Assembly (NCBI GenBank): GCA_032718475.1
Contig: JAUCBJ010000087.1
Location: forward strand, 6,961-70,960
Length of the DNA: 64,000 nt
Direction of reading: 5' to 3'
Source: Nemertoderma westbladi
Taxonomy: Eukaryota; Animalia; Xenacoelomorpha
The position numbers and the translations under genes are program-made. A model generated the notes under the pieces. It did no database searches, was not told the origin of the DNA, and saw only the letters and a list, made by a program, of their open reading frames with translations. Positions 1 to 12,648 of this stretch are shown piece after piece (the first letter of the stretch is position 1; each line of letters starts with the position of its first letter).

Positions 1-526
1 CCGCCTGAACGGTACAATCCCAATTCAGGTAAAACACAGTAACCCTTCTAGCCTACAAGTTCAAATGCAATGGACACCGTTGTACTACAAACAGTCACCG
101 ACGCACCTATACTTAGCAAGAGTTAGGCGTACAGTTTGCTGCACCCTACCAATGGGTATGCCTTGTACCGGTGTGCCTGCGTCCTATCTGTGTACTAGTA
201 TCTCTGCCTGCTCTCCCCCCGTAGGAATGTGAAGGTCTACTGCGGGTTTTTCTCTGAATTAAGACAGTACAGTCCCTAGATGTAATTTTTAGCGCACAGC
301 GTGTCACTACCTCTACCTTCGATCTTTGGTCTTACACTTAGGTAGCAAGGCATTGAACGCTGTCTAACCTTTCAGGCGATGGGCGAATAACTAAGAATGA
401 TATTGTGGGTTGTCTCCTTCTACATTCCTCAGATGTTCCCGTTCATTGCTGTGGTCCGATGTTTAGCCTGCCATCTTGTCCCTCAGTTAGGTTCCCCGTG
501 GTAAAACATGATAGGAAAAGGGCAGA

Positions 527-1126
527 TGTAACAAGTATTTCTAACCTTTATTACAAAACTAATATACAATAAACAATACTAAGATAAGATAGAAATCTAA
601 GAAGTAGGTGTTATAACTAATGAACAAACCGCACCTTTTATAGCAAATTTGTGCTGCAATCAATCGAGATAAATCTAGATTGTTCTATGAGTTCTAATAG
701 GTTTTTAAAGATAACCATTGGTCCAGCGAACACGTATCTTGCACGACATTGGTTACAATCTAATAACTGCAATCCTATTGGTTAATCTACCTTGAGCAAA
801 TGCAATTTAATTTGTAGCGGTTAATTTAAATGAGTTGAAACTTAGCACAAAAAATAATTCGCACCTACTAGGATTCGATCTCAATACCTACTACACGAAT
901 TTCCAACGCTTATCCGACTGAGCTACTGAACCACTTGAACAATGTTATACAAATAGATATACTGAATGCAAATGAAGACTTAATCTTAATGTAATAGTGT
1001 ATGTAAATAATGTAATCTTTATAGCAAAGTTAATTCGAACAAAATAAAATTTTGAAAATCCACGGCATTTATGAGAATATAATTCTATACAGGTCCAAGA
1101 TTAGCTGATATAGTGTTTATGTTACA
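527..1126. mobile_element. Probable LTR (~600 bp) of an LTR retrotransposon, with internal sequence likely running toward the window start
   Basis: Bounded by TGTAACA (527) and TGTTACA (1126). On the minus strand it has AATAAA (~547-552), a TATA box (CTATAAAAG, ~635-643) and repeated CCAAT boxes (~715-785). A purine tract AGGAAAAGGGCAGA lies directly before 527. Confidence 0.55.
860..935 (-). mobile_element. tRNA-derived SINE-like head inside the LTR
   Basis: Minus strand reads GGTTCAGTAGCTCAGTCGGATAAGCG...GAGATCGAATCCTAGTAGGTGC, with an A-box and a degenerate B-box but no clean cloverleaf. Confidence 0.5.
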
Positions 1127-1429
1127 ATGCGTTATTCTACTTAGAGATCCACACCTTTGATAAACCTGGTATTTCAGGACATCGTTTTCATCCCTTGTAA
1201 TGTATTTGAGTTGGTTGAATGTCATGATGGCATTGATTTGTGTCCATTTATTGCCGACACCCTCATTATCATCTCGAATATGAATTTCAAATACTTTATA
1301 TAGTCTTTGACGTTTGCTATTGGATACACCCCCCCTCCCCCCCTGCCTCTGCCTCTCTTCCTCTCTAAACCTGCCTCTGCACTGATGTCTATATTATTCT
1401 TAACCTTCCAACACATGTTAATATTCATC

Positions 1430-2926
1430 ATTGGCGAACATAGGCAACTATCAGAATCGTATCTAGAGATTTAGAAAGTTTTATATGCCAATTATATCGC
1501 AGGTGGTCAGATATTAATGACGTGAACATGCTTCAGTATCGTCTTTTAATCTCAAAAAGTGGAGAAATCGAGTCAACCTTTGCTGCCACCTTGTAAGTAT
1601 TGTTTATACACCTATATATCCAAAGCCAACTTAACTACCAAGCGTATATTTGGAAAAAAGTTTAGTATCCATCATCAATGTACCTTCTCCCATTATACTG
1701 TAGGTCTGTCTGTTAGATGAAGAGGATATGATAATACCTGATTGGATGCATGTTCTTCCAGCTCCATCATCAATCCTCTCTCTCTCTCTCTGCTGTATTG
1801 AAATTGTACTACGTCATGTAAACCACTAACGTATCTGCCTACAAAATAAACTTCATTCAATTGAGTTGTACAAATTCAAGTAATGCACCAAATGGAATGA
1901 GGCGGAATTGGAATGAACTGATGCACTTGACACCTCAGATGACGAAGGTGATTTCTAATACAGCAGTAATTGTATCACATACATTACCTACTCGACTAAG
2001 AATACTCTATTTGCTCGGATGACATCATCGCATACCAATTAAGAATACGTACATACATAATTATGTATTTATTATTAAATAAAGAGGATTTAGTATTCAA
2101 AAATGTTATTATCGATGGAATCATCTTTGCAGAAATCATCTAGGAAAAATTATGATAAATATATAAATTGAAATGAATATACTAAAATAACTAACCTCTC
2201 TTTTGTGGTAGGTGTCAAGTCATTTGTTTGTGTCATATCGGAGTCATCTTCAATGGCATCTGTAGTGGTAGTCATGGTAACCTGTGAAGGAGTGTTGTCT
2301 GAAATGCCATTTAGATGTCACTTGTCATTTTAAAATGATTTGTAGTCACATCTTGATTGTTTTTTATTGACATAAATATTTGTTAAAGTCATTATTTTGA
2401 AACAGAGTTTAAAATGATAACTGAGATTAAAATGATGAAAAATAAAAATATTTCAAACATGGGTTTATCTTTGGAACCATATATCACCGTTATAACAAAA
2501 CAGGTTTAGCTCTCAGTATACCAAAATTTTCCAAAACTAATATTCAATAAACTGCGGTAATTTGTTTTTAAGATAATGGTATTGTTCTAGAATGGTAGCT
2601 ATTTTTCTAAAACATGTCAATTTTCATTTAGCAGCATTCCCATGGTAACAATAATTATATTCCAGAATTTTATGTCACATTTAGAATTGTTAGACCAGTA
2701 GCTATCTTTTTCAAAAGATGCGATGAATTTATATTGAGTTATTAGAGTACTGCAGCATGTTTGTTGTTTTACCATTTCCATGACAACCGGTGATAACACC
2801 AAGTCAGATACCGATTCAGATTTGTTATCATATCAAAATGAATGGCCAGAAGCTAGGTCTTCCCAAAAATATAAGTTCCGGGTGGTTACCAAAAAGTATC
2901 CCCTATGCTGGCTGGCCCATGGACTA
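1430..2926 (+). mobile_element. Degenerate 3' part of an Academ (AcademX-like) DNA transposon
   Basis: Broken frames give LPPC...NYQAYIWKK...PSP...DWMHVLPAPSSILSL..C, the same C-terminal motif set as at 62700-63010. Ends in ...GGCCCATGGACTA, resembling the end at ~63697. Confidence 0.5.
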
Positions 2927-3149
2927 CTAGTCCAATAACATATTTACCCTATCTATTAAATAATACCCTATGTGTGAGATAGGCAGGGTATTGACAGGCC
3001 GGATTCTATCAAAAATGTTTATGACTAAATCGTGGTTTTCTCATGAGGACATTTCTCGAGATAAGGTGTTTTAACACGGCAGTATTGTACGTCAACACCC
3101 AATGGATTTAGTTTAACAAAGCAGCATTAAAATAACTAATTTAACGGAA

Positions 3150-3523
3150 CCTTAAGGTTCGATTATTTATGGCTGTTGTGGTACAAGCACTCTTATATGG
3201 GAGTCCAGGCTGGGCTCTAACTGCAGAGGATACCAAATCTCTGGATGGCACTTTCACAAGAATGGTGCGCCGGGTTCACTGTGTCAAGTACAATGCACAG
3301 CACACATCTCCAATCAGACTCTATACAACATTGGACGTGTTCCATTAGCCTCCCTAGCTTGACACTTGAACGGAACTGTCTCCTGTCATCCCTGTCTTTC
3401 TTGCGACACATTTTAAAGGACACTGGGGCCTTGAAGATAAGGATGATCTAGCAAATATCGTGGGTGATAGGGTGTTATGGAGGCAATGCAGCTGCAATGC
3501 AGCATGTCGATCGTAGTAGTGGT
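3150..3523 (+). mobile_element. RTE-clade LINE 3' fragment (family A), internally deleted
   Basis: Similar to 32984-33310 and to the reverse complement of 51676-52220. Ends GCAGCATGTCGATCGTAGTAGTGGTAG, a (TAG)n tail. Confidence 0.7.
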
Positions 3524-3758
3524 AGCATTAAAGGGAAGTATGTAGGCCTAATTAGTTTCGATGATGGCAAATTATTTTGGTTTTCTAAAATATTCAGGTT
3601 TTCTAAAGTTTTTCTAACAGTTTTCCCAGTGAACATTTTGAAAACAAAACAAAACACTGGCAGATACTGCGAGAATTTAAAATTACAACTCAACGTATAA
3701 CGTTGGGTATGTAATGTGGCACTTCATGATACATATGAGAACACCTTATGATACTGAT

Positions 3759-4145
3759 GAGATCGTTTTATAAGACGGTTGAGAACGCTTTATAAGACGG
3801 TTGAGAACGCTTTATAAGACGGTTGAGATAGCATTATAAGACGGTTGAGAACGCTTTATAAGACGGTTGAGAACGCTTTATAAGACGGTTGAGAACGCTT
3901 TATAAGACGGTTGAGAACGCTTTATAAGACGGTTGAGAACGCTTTATAAGACCGTTGGGAACGCTTTATAAGACGGTTGAGAACGCTTTATAAGACGGTT
4001 GAGAACGCTTTATAAGACGGTTGAGAACGCTTTATAAGACGGTTGAGAACGCTTTATAAGACGGTTGAGAACGCTTTATAAGACGGTTGAGAACGCTTTA
4101 TAAAACGGTTGAGAACGCTTTATAAGACTGTTGAGAACGCTTTAT
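3759..4145. repeat. Tandem minisatellite, 22-bp unit GAGAACGCTTTATAAGACGGTT, about 17 copies
   Basis: Near-identical head-to-tail units with no spacers. Confidence 0.95.
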
Positions 4146-4736
4146 GGATCTGAGCTGCTAATGTAGTTACACACTAGGCTTTTGTAAAGCCTACAAATAA
4201 TTGCGAACAAAATTTAGAATTTCACCAAAATTTATACAATAATATTGATCGTGATAAATATTAAGTCGTAATTTATAATTATTTTAATATGATTTCAAAT
4301 AATTAATAACTATTGAATAAAAACATACATCAATTAGAAACACATATTATGTTATAAATTGGCAAAATACTTTTTCGGATTTTAATAAAATACCTATTTC
4401 TTGAGCAAATTAATATTGTATTTTTGAATACAATACACCAAATTGTAATCATTCTAGCTAGAAAGAGTTAATTGACGTATAAAGTTTGTTTATGTTGTAT
4501 TCGGCATAATTATTGTTTACTGTGTGATTAGATTTATATACATTTATATTTTATACATATCATTTTTTCTCATATATTATAATTCATGTAATAAGGTTAA
4601 CCTATGGCCTACCGGTATGCATGATAGGCTTTAGGCTAGTTATAATAAACCAGGTTTCTCTTTATTATTTCTGCACCATAACTTGAGTTACGCTTGTATC
4701 TTAAACAATAAGGAAGGAACCCTTAGGCACATATTG

Positions 4737-5256
4737 AATATTACGAAATATATTTATTTATTTGTCAAGCACGTTAAGTAAAAACCTTACCTGTAGGTGT
4801 GTTAGTACTAAAGTATGTAAAAAACTTAAAAGCAACAAGACCTGGACGTTGCGTGCAATCAGTGATCAGCTGACGGCAGTCAGCTGATAGGTAGGTTTCG
4901 CCCCGCAGCTGAAGACCTTCTCAGGAGGCCAAGCAAAAGCTTGGCTTTGCAAAAGCTTAAATGTATTACAATCAAACACGTAAGCATGTTATCTACAAGC
5001 AGAAATATGATTGGCGCAAGTTTGTGGTGCTGCTTCCCCAGTGGCTAGTTACCTTACAGACCTATCTCTTCATTTTATTACTCATTCCGCATCCCTATGT
5101 GAATTTCTTCTCTCTACATTTCCTTGCTTGGCCTCCCGAGAATGACTTCGCTGCGGGGCGAAACCTGGCTGCTGTCAGCTGACCATCTAACACACCTACC
5201 GGTAAGGTTTTTACTTAACGTGCTTGACAAATAAATAAATGTAATTCGTAATTATT
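4737..5256. mobile_element. Foldback MITE with long two-part inverted repeats
   Basis: TTTGTCAAGCACGTTAAGTAAAAACCTTACC.GTAGGTGTGTTAG is mirrored at ~5187-5232. The inner arm TCAGCTGAC...GGTTTCGCCCCGCAGC...GGAGGCCAAGCAA is mirrored at ~5124-5182. Confidence 0.85.
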
Positions 5257-5408
5257 GGTTACTAAAGCTTCTACTTCAAACTGTTGAATATTGTTGACTT
5301 TTCATTTTTCGTTAAACTATGGACAGTAATAAATAAGAATTGAAGATATTATGACACAAACAGTTGTTACCTTTGTAATTTATTAATTACATTATTAAAG
5401 GTTTAAAA

Positions 5409-6213
5409 TAGGGATGTTGCGAATGTCATATTTTTAACATCCGCGGATGCAGGTGTCTGAGGTGACATCCGCACGGATGCGGATGTCTATTAAAACATAC
5501 ATATTTTTGCCTGGCCTCCCTTTTACATCAAGGTTATACCAGCATTTTAATATTATATTCTAATCTTATATTAATAAACTAACAAGAGTCTAAGGTTATA
5601 GAACATAATGGGACATAATATAACAAAACAATAATATAACAAACATTTTTTATATTGTTCCCGTCGAGTGTTAGTGTATACTGTATAGTGTACAACAATG
5701 TACGTGTACACACACTGGCACACAAAATCGAACTTCTAAGGTTGCTCCTCTTACAGAAACTGTCTAAATGTCTGTCTGTTTTTTTGTCTGTCTGTTTGTC
5801 GGTCAAAAAATAAACAAAATCACTTAACCTCACCAAAATATGCCTATGGGGGTTTTCCAGGTCGGCGAACTCATTTCCGATGTCAGTTTTTAACAGCATC
5901 TTGACTGTCTGTTTCTTTGTATGTCTGTCAGTCAGTCTGTTTGTCTGTATGTATGTATGTCGGTCAAACAATAAACAATTATTATTATTATTGTATTTTT
6001 TAATTACCATTACTATTTTGACTATTATTACTATTAATTACCAGTATTTATTATTGAAAATTTAATTGAGTGGTTGCTGGGCCTTCAGACAGGATGCTTG
6101 AATAGTGCATGTAACATCCGCATGTTACATCCGCATGCCATGGGTGCGGATGCGAATGCGAAAAATCATGCGGATATCCGCGGATGCGGATGCGGACATG
6201 CGCCACATCCCTA
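5409..6213. mobile_element. Non-autonomous hAT-type element
   Basis: Termini TAGGGATG...CATCCCTA, GCGGAT subterminal repeats, and an 8-bp TSD GTTTAAAA at 5401-5408 and 6214-6221. Confidence 0.9.
5578..5975. mobile_element. Nested HINE/DINE-like (Helentron-type) non-autonomous element
   Basis: Starts in AACAAG, carries (TCTG)n/(TATG)n microsatellite blocks, and sits inside the hAT element. Confidence 0.45.
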
Positions 6214-7735
6214 GTTTAAAACCAAACCTACAATTATGTAATTGTACGTTGTACATTGTCTCAAACAAATTACAAACAAGAAATATACTGTAATAAGAAA
6301 ACATAATAAAATTAAAAACCATTTACATGACCTGAGGTACCGCATGACAGAAAAACTTAAATAACATTCAGTGACTGTGACATTAGTTAGTTAGATCTAT
6401 TCTCAAGTAATTATATTTAGTATAAAAATAGATAAAACAACAAAAAAAAACGAGAATTCGTAACTGGATCATTCGATTCGTGTTAAACTTACATTCCGTT
6501 TATCAACTACTGGAAAGGAGCAGGTCACAGCGGCGGGATTTTCTGATTGAAAGGGGCCGTTCAAAAATTGTCATCGTATTTCCTTATATTTTTAACCTGC
6601 CACCCCCGAAGGCACGATTCGCTAATAAATAAATTAATAAACATCTCCACACTGTTAGCGACACACACAATTAAAGTTTCCCCCAGGCTGCAGCCTAGTG
6701 GTCAAAGCGGCCCCGGTGCCCCTGATTGACACCCCCCCCCCTCCCCACTTCCCAATAACAATGACGCCGTTTATGAACAGTCCTCCCTGCGTTACCATAG
6801 TAACGTGTTACTACTCAATCTAAGGGGAGATTACGATGAGAATGGATCGAGAAATACAAAAATTTGGTGTAATAATATTTGTCAAGTGAAATTTTTGTAA
6901 ATATAAACAAATATCAGGCCTGCTATATACACAACTAACAGTAAGTTATTAACAGTATTGCATAGGTTACGTCACACACAACACAGACCTACAGGCTGCA
7001 GAGCAGACAAGGCACAAACCATACAGTACTTAGAGAGGGGCTGTGGGTGAAATTGTACATAAATATTTCGGTCGGCTAGAACCAAATTTCCAATCAAACC
7101 AAATCCATTTAAATCCCTAATTAAATATAATGAAATGATATTAAATATAAAACGTTTAGATATATTACTTAACCTCCTTTTAGTTTGGGAAAAACTACAT
7201 TTCAATATATTTAACAAAAATATTGCATCGATCGCACCTGAGAAATAATTATTGAATCAAAGAATTTCATTTTTGAGGCGATATCCAGCCAGCTGGTAGT
7301 TTAGGGGGGGAATCCATTAAATTATCATCTGTGAACGCCATTCTAAACGGAATTCTTTACAGACTCGACGGATACTTCAGTTGCAGACTTCCCAAAAATA
7401 GACCATCTAAGCGGACTGACAACTCTCGGTACACCGTAACCAGTCTACCTACACACCCCGACATCAACCCAACCTCATACAACCAATATACATCCATATA
7501 ATGGCGATTAGGAGGATGTGTGCTTGCAAAAACCACCAGGAGTGAGGAAATTTGATGGCAGATAATATATTAGAAATTAGGGAATTGTAACTAAAATATA
7601 TATATATATAGATCATTGACACAAAAAAGAAACTAAAACAAAATGAAGTCGACCTAAAACGAATAATATGTTGACAATAATTACAAAATACTAAAAGTAG
7701 AATGTTTACGAGATACTGTGGGTGGATGACGGTGA

Positions 7736-8617
7736 TTAATAACGTTTCCGTTTACCGTCCGATGTTACCGAACTAGCCGAGGGACCGAAGCCTCGCTTAC
7801 GAGACAAGGAGACCTGCGATTGGGCCGTCAACTGTAGTTCGATCGCGTTGGAATTGATCCGCTCGGAAGTCAGTAGATTCTTCATCCCTTTCATCTTGGC
7901 GCTGCGCAACTGGACGTAAACCCGCCCGCCGCGCCCGTACATAACGTCGCGCAACCAGTCGGCGAGGATGGCGCCGCCCAGGTCGTCGTCCAGACAGCCG
8001 CGGGACCGCGAGGCCACCCCGGAGGCCGCCTCCTTCACGGGGAGACCGTCGAACGCGTCCGAGTCGGACCCCGAGATCATCGGGACCGCGGAGAACATCG
8101 GACTCGGTTCGTCCTTGAGTTGGAGGAGTTCCTGGTTGGAGGAGTGACGACTGCTCTTCCGACGATCGTCCTCGTCGTCTTCCTCGGGGTTCACGGTGAC
8201 GCCGAGTCTCGCCGCCGCGTTGAATTTACCCAACGTGTTCACTAGATGGCGTGCCCAACTTATGTGGACCACGGGCGTCGTGGAGTCCTCCTCCCACAGA
8301 CAGACACCGTCGTAGAACACGAGAATGGCCCCGTAGACCCAGGAGTCGCTTAGTAACTCGCGACTACGCGGGTCCGACCGACTGGCGATACTCACCACCT
8401 TCAACATCCCCGGTATAACGTCGTTGGCGACCTCGAAGAACTCCTTGTATATCTCCTCCTCCTCGCGGCAGTAGTTGTACAGCGATATTGTGCCGCCGGC
8501 GAGCGCCCAGCTGTACAGCGCGGACTTGTAGCGCCGGTTGCGTAGGTAGAAGCCGGCGAGGTAGATGTACGGGTAGACGTGGTGGTTGGCGTAGTTGCTG
8601 CGACTCACTTCCGCCGC
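7736..8617 (-). CDS. MEN1: Menin, coding exon 2 (C-terminal ~293 aa)
   Basis: HVYPYIYLAG...YNYCREEEEIYKEFFEVANDVIP, FYDGVCLWEEDSTTPVVHISWA and SAKMKGMKNLLTSERINSNAIELQLTAQSQV match conserved menin blocks, and there is a basic C-terminal NLS (KRKRY). Acceptor TTTTGGTTTACAG|GCG at 8618/8617, phase 0. Confidence 0.96.
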   Translation of the reverse strand, partial: AAEVSRSNYANHHVYPYIYLAGFYLRNRRYKSALYSWALAGGTISLYNYCREEEEIYKEFFEVANDVIPGMLKVVSIASRSDPRSRELLSDSWVYGAILVFYDGVCLWEEDSTTPVVHISWARHLVNTLGKFNAAARLGVTVNPEEDDEDDRRKSSRHSSNQELLQLKDEPSPMFSAVPMISGSDSDAFDGLPVKEAASGVASRSRGCLDDDLGGAILADWLRDVMYGRGGRVYVQLRSAKMKGMKNLLTSERINSNAIELQLTAQSQVSLSRKRGFGPSASSVTSDGKRKRY

Positions 8618-8926
8618 CTGTAAACCAAAAAATATCTTTAGTTATTTAGGCCTATTGATTGAGAAAGAAATTCCACACTATTATCACCCATTTGTTAACG
8701 ACTTATACTATATGATAGGGTTTACTGACTGAACGCCTACAAAATGCTAAACCTAGTAGTTTGGGAAAAGTTAAAGAAAGTGGAACATTTCATATACAGT
8801 TTGACATTTTTCAATGGTCAAGTTCTAGGTTACAAAGACCGACTTTTCTACCCAATGAAAAATAAAAAAAATAATGAAAAATTCGAATTAGTTATTACAG
8901 TTTCACAATGTGAGCCTAATCATAAT

Positions 8927-10516
8927 TAGGGATGTCCCGGAATCAATATTTTGATTCCGGCCGGAACCGGAATTCAACTTGCCGGAATATTCCGGCCGGA
9001 ATTCCGGCCGGAACCGGAATTTTCTATAATTAATGAAATACACTAAATGACCCATGAAACAATTTTTTGTGAAACAAATGAATTTTTTTAATTTCTACTA
9101 AGTTTGATAATGAGAGGAATCAGAACCTTGGGGGGAATTAAGGTGGGTGGAGTGGAGAATGGCCTGGGCCGTAATGGGACGGGATGGTACTTCGGCATTG
9201 AACGACAGGGAATTCAATAAAAAATTTTTCTAAAATCTATAACTTTGGCAAAAAGTTAGGTTATTATCATTTAGACTCATACCTAAAAACCTACGTTAAA
9301 CAAAAACCTATGGTTTCGCCGTTCGTCCTTTGGTACAATATCCTGGTGTCTTTAAGGGAAAGGAGCATGTTACAGGGACATGTTATTCGAACCAAAACAA
9401 TAAACGAGTCCAATAGTACATGTTACAGTTTAATTATTGCTGGGAATAAATAGATTTATGGTAAGAAATGGATTTGCTGTAAATAGAAATTAAACTACTA
9501 TATTATGCAGCACCTACGACGCAGAACTGAACTAACGACAACTCGCAGGACCTGTACGTATTGTAATAACGTTTATATTAGATTTAGGTTAGATTATAGT
9601 AATTGTAATTGTGTAATATTGTATTTGTAACCAGGTAACATAAAGGACCCCCATGAAAATACGCTGCAAATCTTTAGGGGTCATCCTAATGTTACGTTGG
9701 ACGAGATAATACCAATCATAATATTATCATATTATTTAATAATTAATTCAAAGTAAAATAATATAAAATCAATGTAAAATAATGTAAAAATCAATGCAAA
9801 ATATTGTAAGATCAATCTAAAAAACGTCATTTTATAAGCAAATTGGAAAAAGCAAATTGGAAAAACCACTATTTAAGGCCCGTGCTCCACTGGTAAGTCT
9901 TATGTAGTCTTAGTCAGAATAAATTATGGAACACATTGGTTTTAATGTGAGCGTCTCCACTGGTAAATCGTAAGTTACGACCGATAAGTCGAAATTGATT
10001 ATGTCCCATGTTCCATCTTTTGACATATGACTCATGTGTTATATCCGCCAAGATGCCTGTGATTGGTTACTTTGGGTATAAATATGCAGTAAATGTGAGA
10101 TGCATCTTATATTTTTTATCAAATTACTTATGACTTGTGTTACCAATGAAGCAATGAGGCATTCATTTTGACATTCTGACCAGTGGGGCACGGGCCTATT
10201 GATGCATTTCATTAGTTAATGTAAATTACGATGGTTATTGTGAATTGTATATGAACACTACAGTAGGTGGTGTAACAGATGGTGGGACCATTTTAGTTTG
10301 ATTACCAGGTGAAATGTTTTTGGAATTGTGTTACATATCAAACGTGCAACTGCAAAGCACTGCGTGCCAACGTACAAAATGTGCAACTATCAAACTAGTT
10401 AGGAACCTGGCAATTCCGGTAAAATTCCGGCCGGAATTGACCCCATTCCGGCCGGAACCGGAATCGGGCAAAAACCGCCGGAATTCCGGCCGGAACGGAA
10501 TTCCGGGACATCCCTA
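8927..10516. mobile_element. Non-autonomous hAT-type element in the MEN1 intron
   Basis: TIR TAGGGATGTCCCGGAAT / ATTCCGGGACATCCCTA, TTCCGGCCGGAA subterminal repeats, and an 8-bp TSD ATCATAAT (8919-8926, 10517-10524). Confidence 0.92.
9877..10196. mobile_element. MITE, PIF/Harbinger-like, nested in the hAT element
   Basis: TIR GGCCCGTGCTCCACTGGT / ACCAGTGGGGCACGGGCC. Flanks are TAA and TAT. Confidence 0.75.
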
Positions 10517-10543
10517 ATCATAATAACATTGTAGTCCCGGTAC

Positions 10544-11063
10544 CAGCCGTCCCAGCCAAAAAAGTCGATGAAAAAAAGGAAAAAAAGGAATTTATATTTA
10601 AAAAAATGGAAAAAAAGGAATAGGATGAAGTTCAAAAAAAAGGACAAAAAGGATCGGATACGGTTCAAAAAAAGGGAAAAACTGAATTGATATTATCTTT
10701 TAAAAAAGGATACCGATAGTAAACATTATATTTCATTAACCTTATATAGGACTATTAAGAAACGTCACTGTATTAAATGGCAGGGAGAGATCAAAGTAAG
10801 TTAAAAAGTAGAAACACAGAAAGAGAACATCGGCAATGGCAATAATATAATTATTGTAACTCAACATATCAATGAAATAAGAACTTAAAAACAATTAAGA
10901 AATTTTCACCTTTTTTGCCTAGTTATCAGAGATGGTTGAGCTCGGCCGATTGATGGTCATAGAACATTAGTTTGAAAGTGATTTCCGGTCGTGGCTACAT
11001 TTATATAAATAACAAAAATGTTATTAGACGCAATTAAAATTCAACCATCTCCAGGGGAAAACG
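10544..11063 (+). repeat. ~520 bp dispersed repeat, copy 1 (probable end of a DNA transposon)
   Basis: CAGCCGTCCCAGCCAAAAAAGTCGATG...CAACCATCTCCAGGGGAAAACG recurs at 14842-15394. Confidence 0.9.
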
Positions 11064-12185
11064 TTCACACATAAACAGTCAACTTTCAACATGCAACTGT
11101 CAGCACTAGTCCAATGTTCTAGAGACAAATAGGGCAGATATCACGGTTGGAGTACAAGTACTAGTATTCCTGAGAGCTGCTGTCTTTCTTGTCTGCACGG
11201 TACCTCCCCTGTCCAATAACTCCCCTATACGTATACAGTGCCAATGTGTGAGTTCTGCATCAACTCTAAACGGTTGGGACGGTTACAGATCATTTATGTT
11301 ATTTTATGTTTTATATATATTTTTTTTCATAAAGTTAGTACAAGGAACACTTTTATAACCCCAATAATAAAGTCCTCCTTTCCCTGATCTCAATATTTAG
11401 ATACAGAGGTTTTTTGAAGCTTTTACCGGTCCATTGTTTTGTCCCTTTGTCGGAAGAGGTTACTTTGTATATTCACATTAGACCTACTGCCCTACCTGGA
11501 ACGAATAAAGGCTGGAATATTTACTTAATAACATATTTTAACAAGACCTACTCGTAAGTGACCCGTTTGAGACGGCATCACGTTCTAGATCCCCAAAAGG
11601 TTTTCACTTGGAAAAGTTCTAGCAAGCGATAGGCTGCGCAAAAATCCTATCACAAATGCCGAACGGCAAGGGTTAAGTGAATATAGAGTTAGCGCAAGTT
11701 GAACTATTTTACAGTAATGATAATGAATGATGAGTGGACAGGATATCACTTATTTATTCAACTGGTATACCACGAGATTGGAGATCCATTAATGGAACTT
11801 GTCAAACTACAGCAATAAGTAAAATAATTGATTCTACTATTAATATATTAATGAAACCACATAGCATAGCCCACTGCAATACAAAGTGTATCATGCTTAA
11901 CTTACTCTTGGGTGGTATAAATGGTGGTGAAATCACTAAACTATATTAACCCATTCATCCATGTATTTCAAATGGCTACTAATGTATGTTATATTCATTT
12001 TAAAGTTTTGTGTTGGAAACATTTCCTTTAATTCAACAGTTATATCTCTTTAGGGTAGTTTTACATTTTGTAATCAACCATTAAATAAATATTAAGTTAG
12101 TTAACCACAATGAACTACATTTGTCATTGAAAATATTTTATACTATATATTTATATTATATATTTATTTTATATAATAATAATAA

Positions 12186-12450
12186 TATTTTAAAAAGTCA
12201 AGAGATGAAAACTTATATGATCTATCACTAAAAATTTAAATTACTATTATTAGGTTTCGATAGCTCTCTCTATCTTTTTCAAATAAACGATATTCTAGAA
12301 TTATCATTATTTCTTTCATTTGTAGTGCAATAATACTAGAATATCGTTTATTTGAAAAAGATATAGAGAGCTATCGAAAGCTAATAATAGAAATTTAAAT
12401 TTTTAGTGATAGATCACATAAGTTGTCATCTTTTGAATTTTTAACATATT
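12186..12450. mobile_element. AT-rich palindromic MITE
   Basis: TGATCTATCACTAAAAATTTAAATT.CTATTATTAG.TTTCGATAGCTCTCT.TATCTTTTTCAAATAAACGATATTCTAG is mirrored around a short centre at ~12305-12330. Confidence 0.85.
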
Positions 12451-12648
12451 AGGCCTATTATTATATACTAAAACAACTTGATCGTACACCAAGGCATTCG
12501 TTCTTTAAGAACGCCTCGTCTCATACCCTACAGTCATATTCCCTCACACTTTCTTCTTAATTAAATTATTTTATATAATATAGATGATATTAAAGGTTTT
12601 ACAATACCATAGTAATAGCTCTTGTATGAATCTTTCTTATCTGATACA

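Noticed and set aside
3759-4145. Possible CRISPR array
   Set aside because: Units are contiguous with no unique spacers, there are no cas genes, and the context is eukaryotic.
5579-6010. 143-aa ORF
   Set aside because: Derived from microsatellite-rich non-autonomous element sequence.
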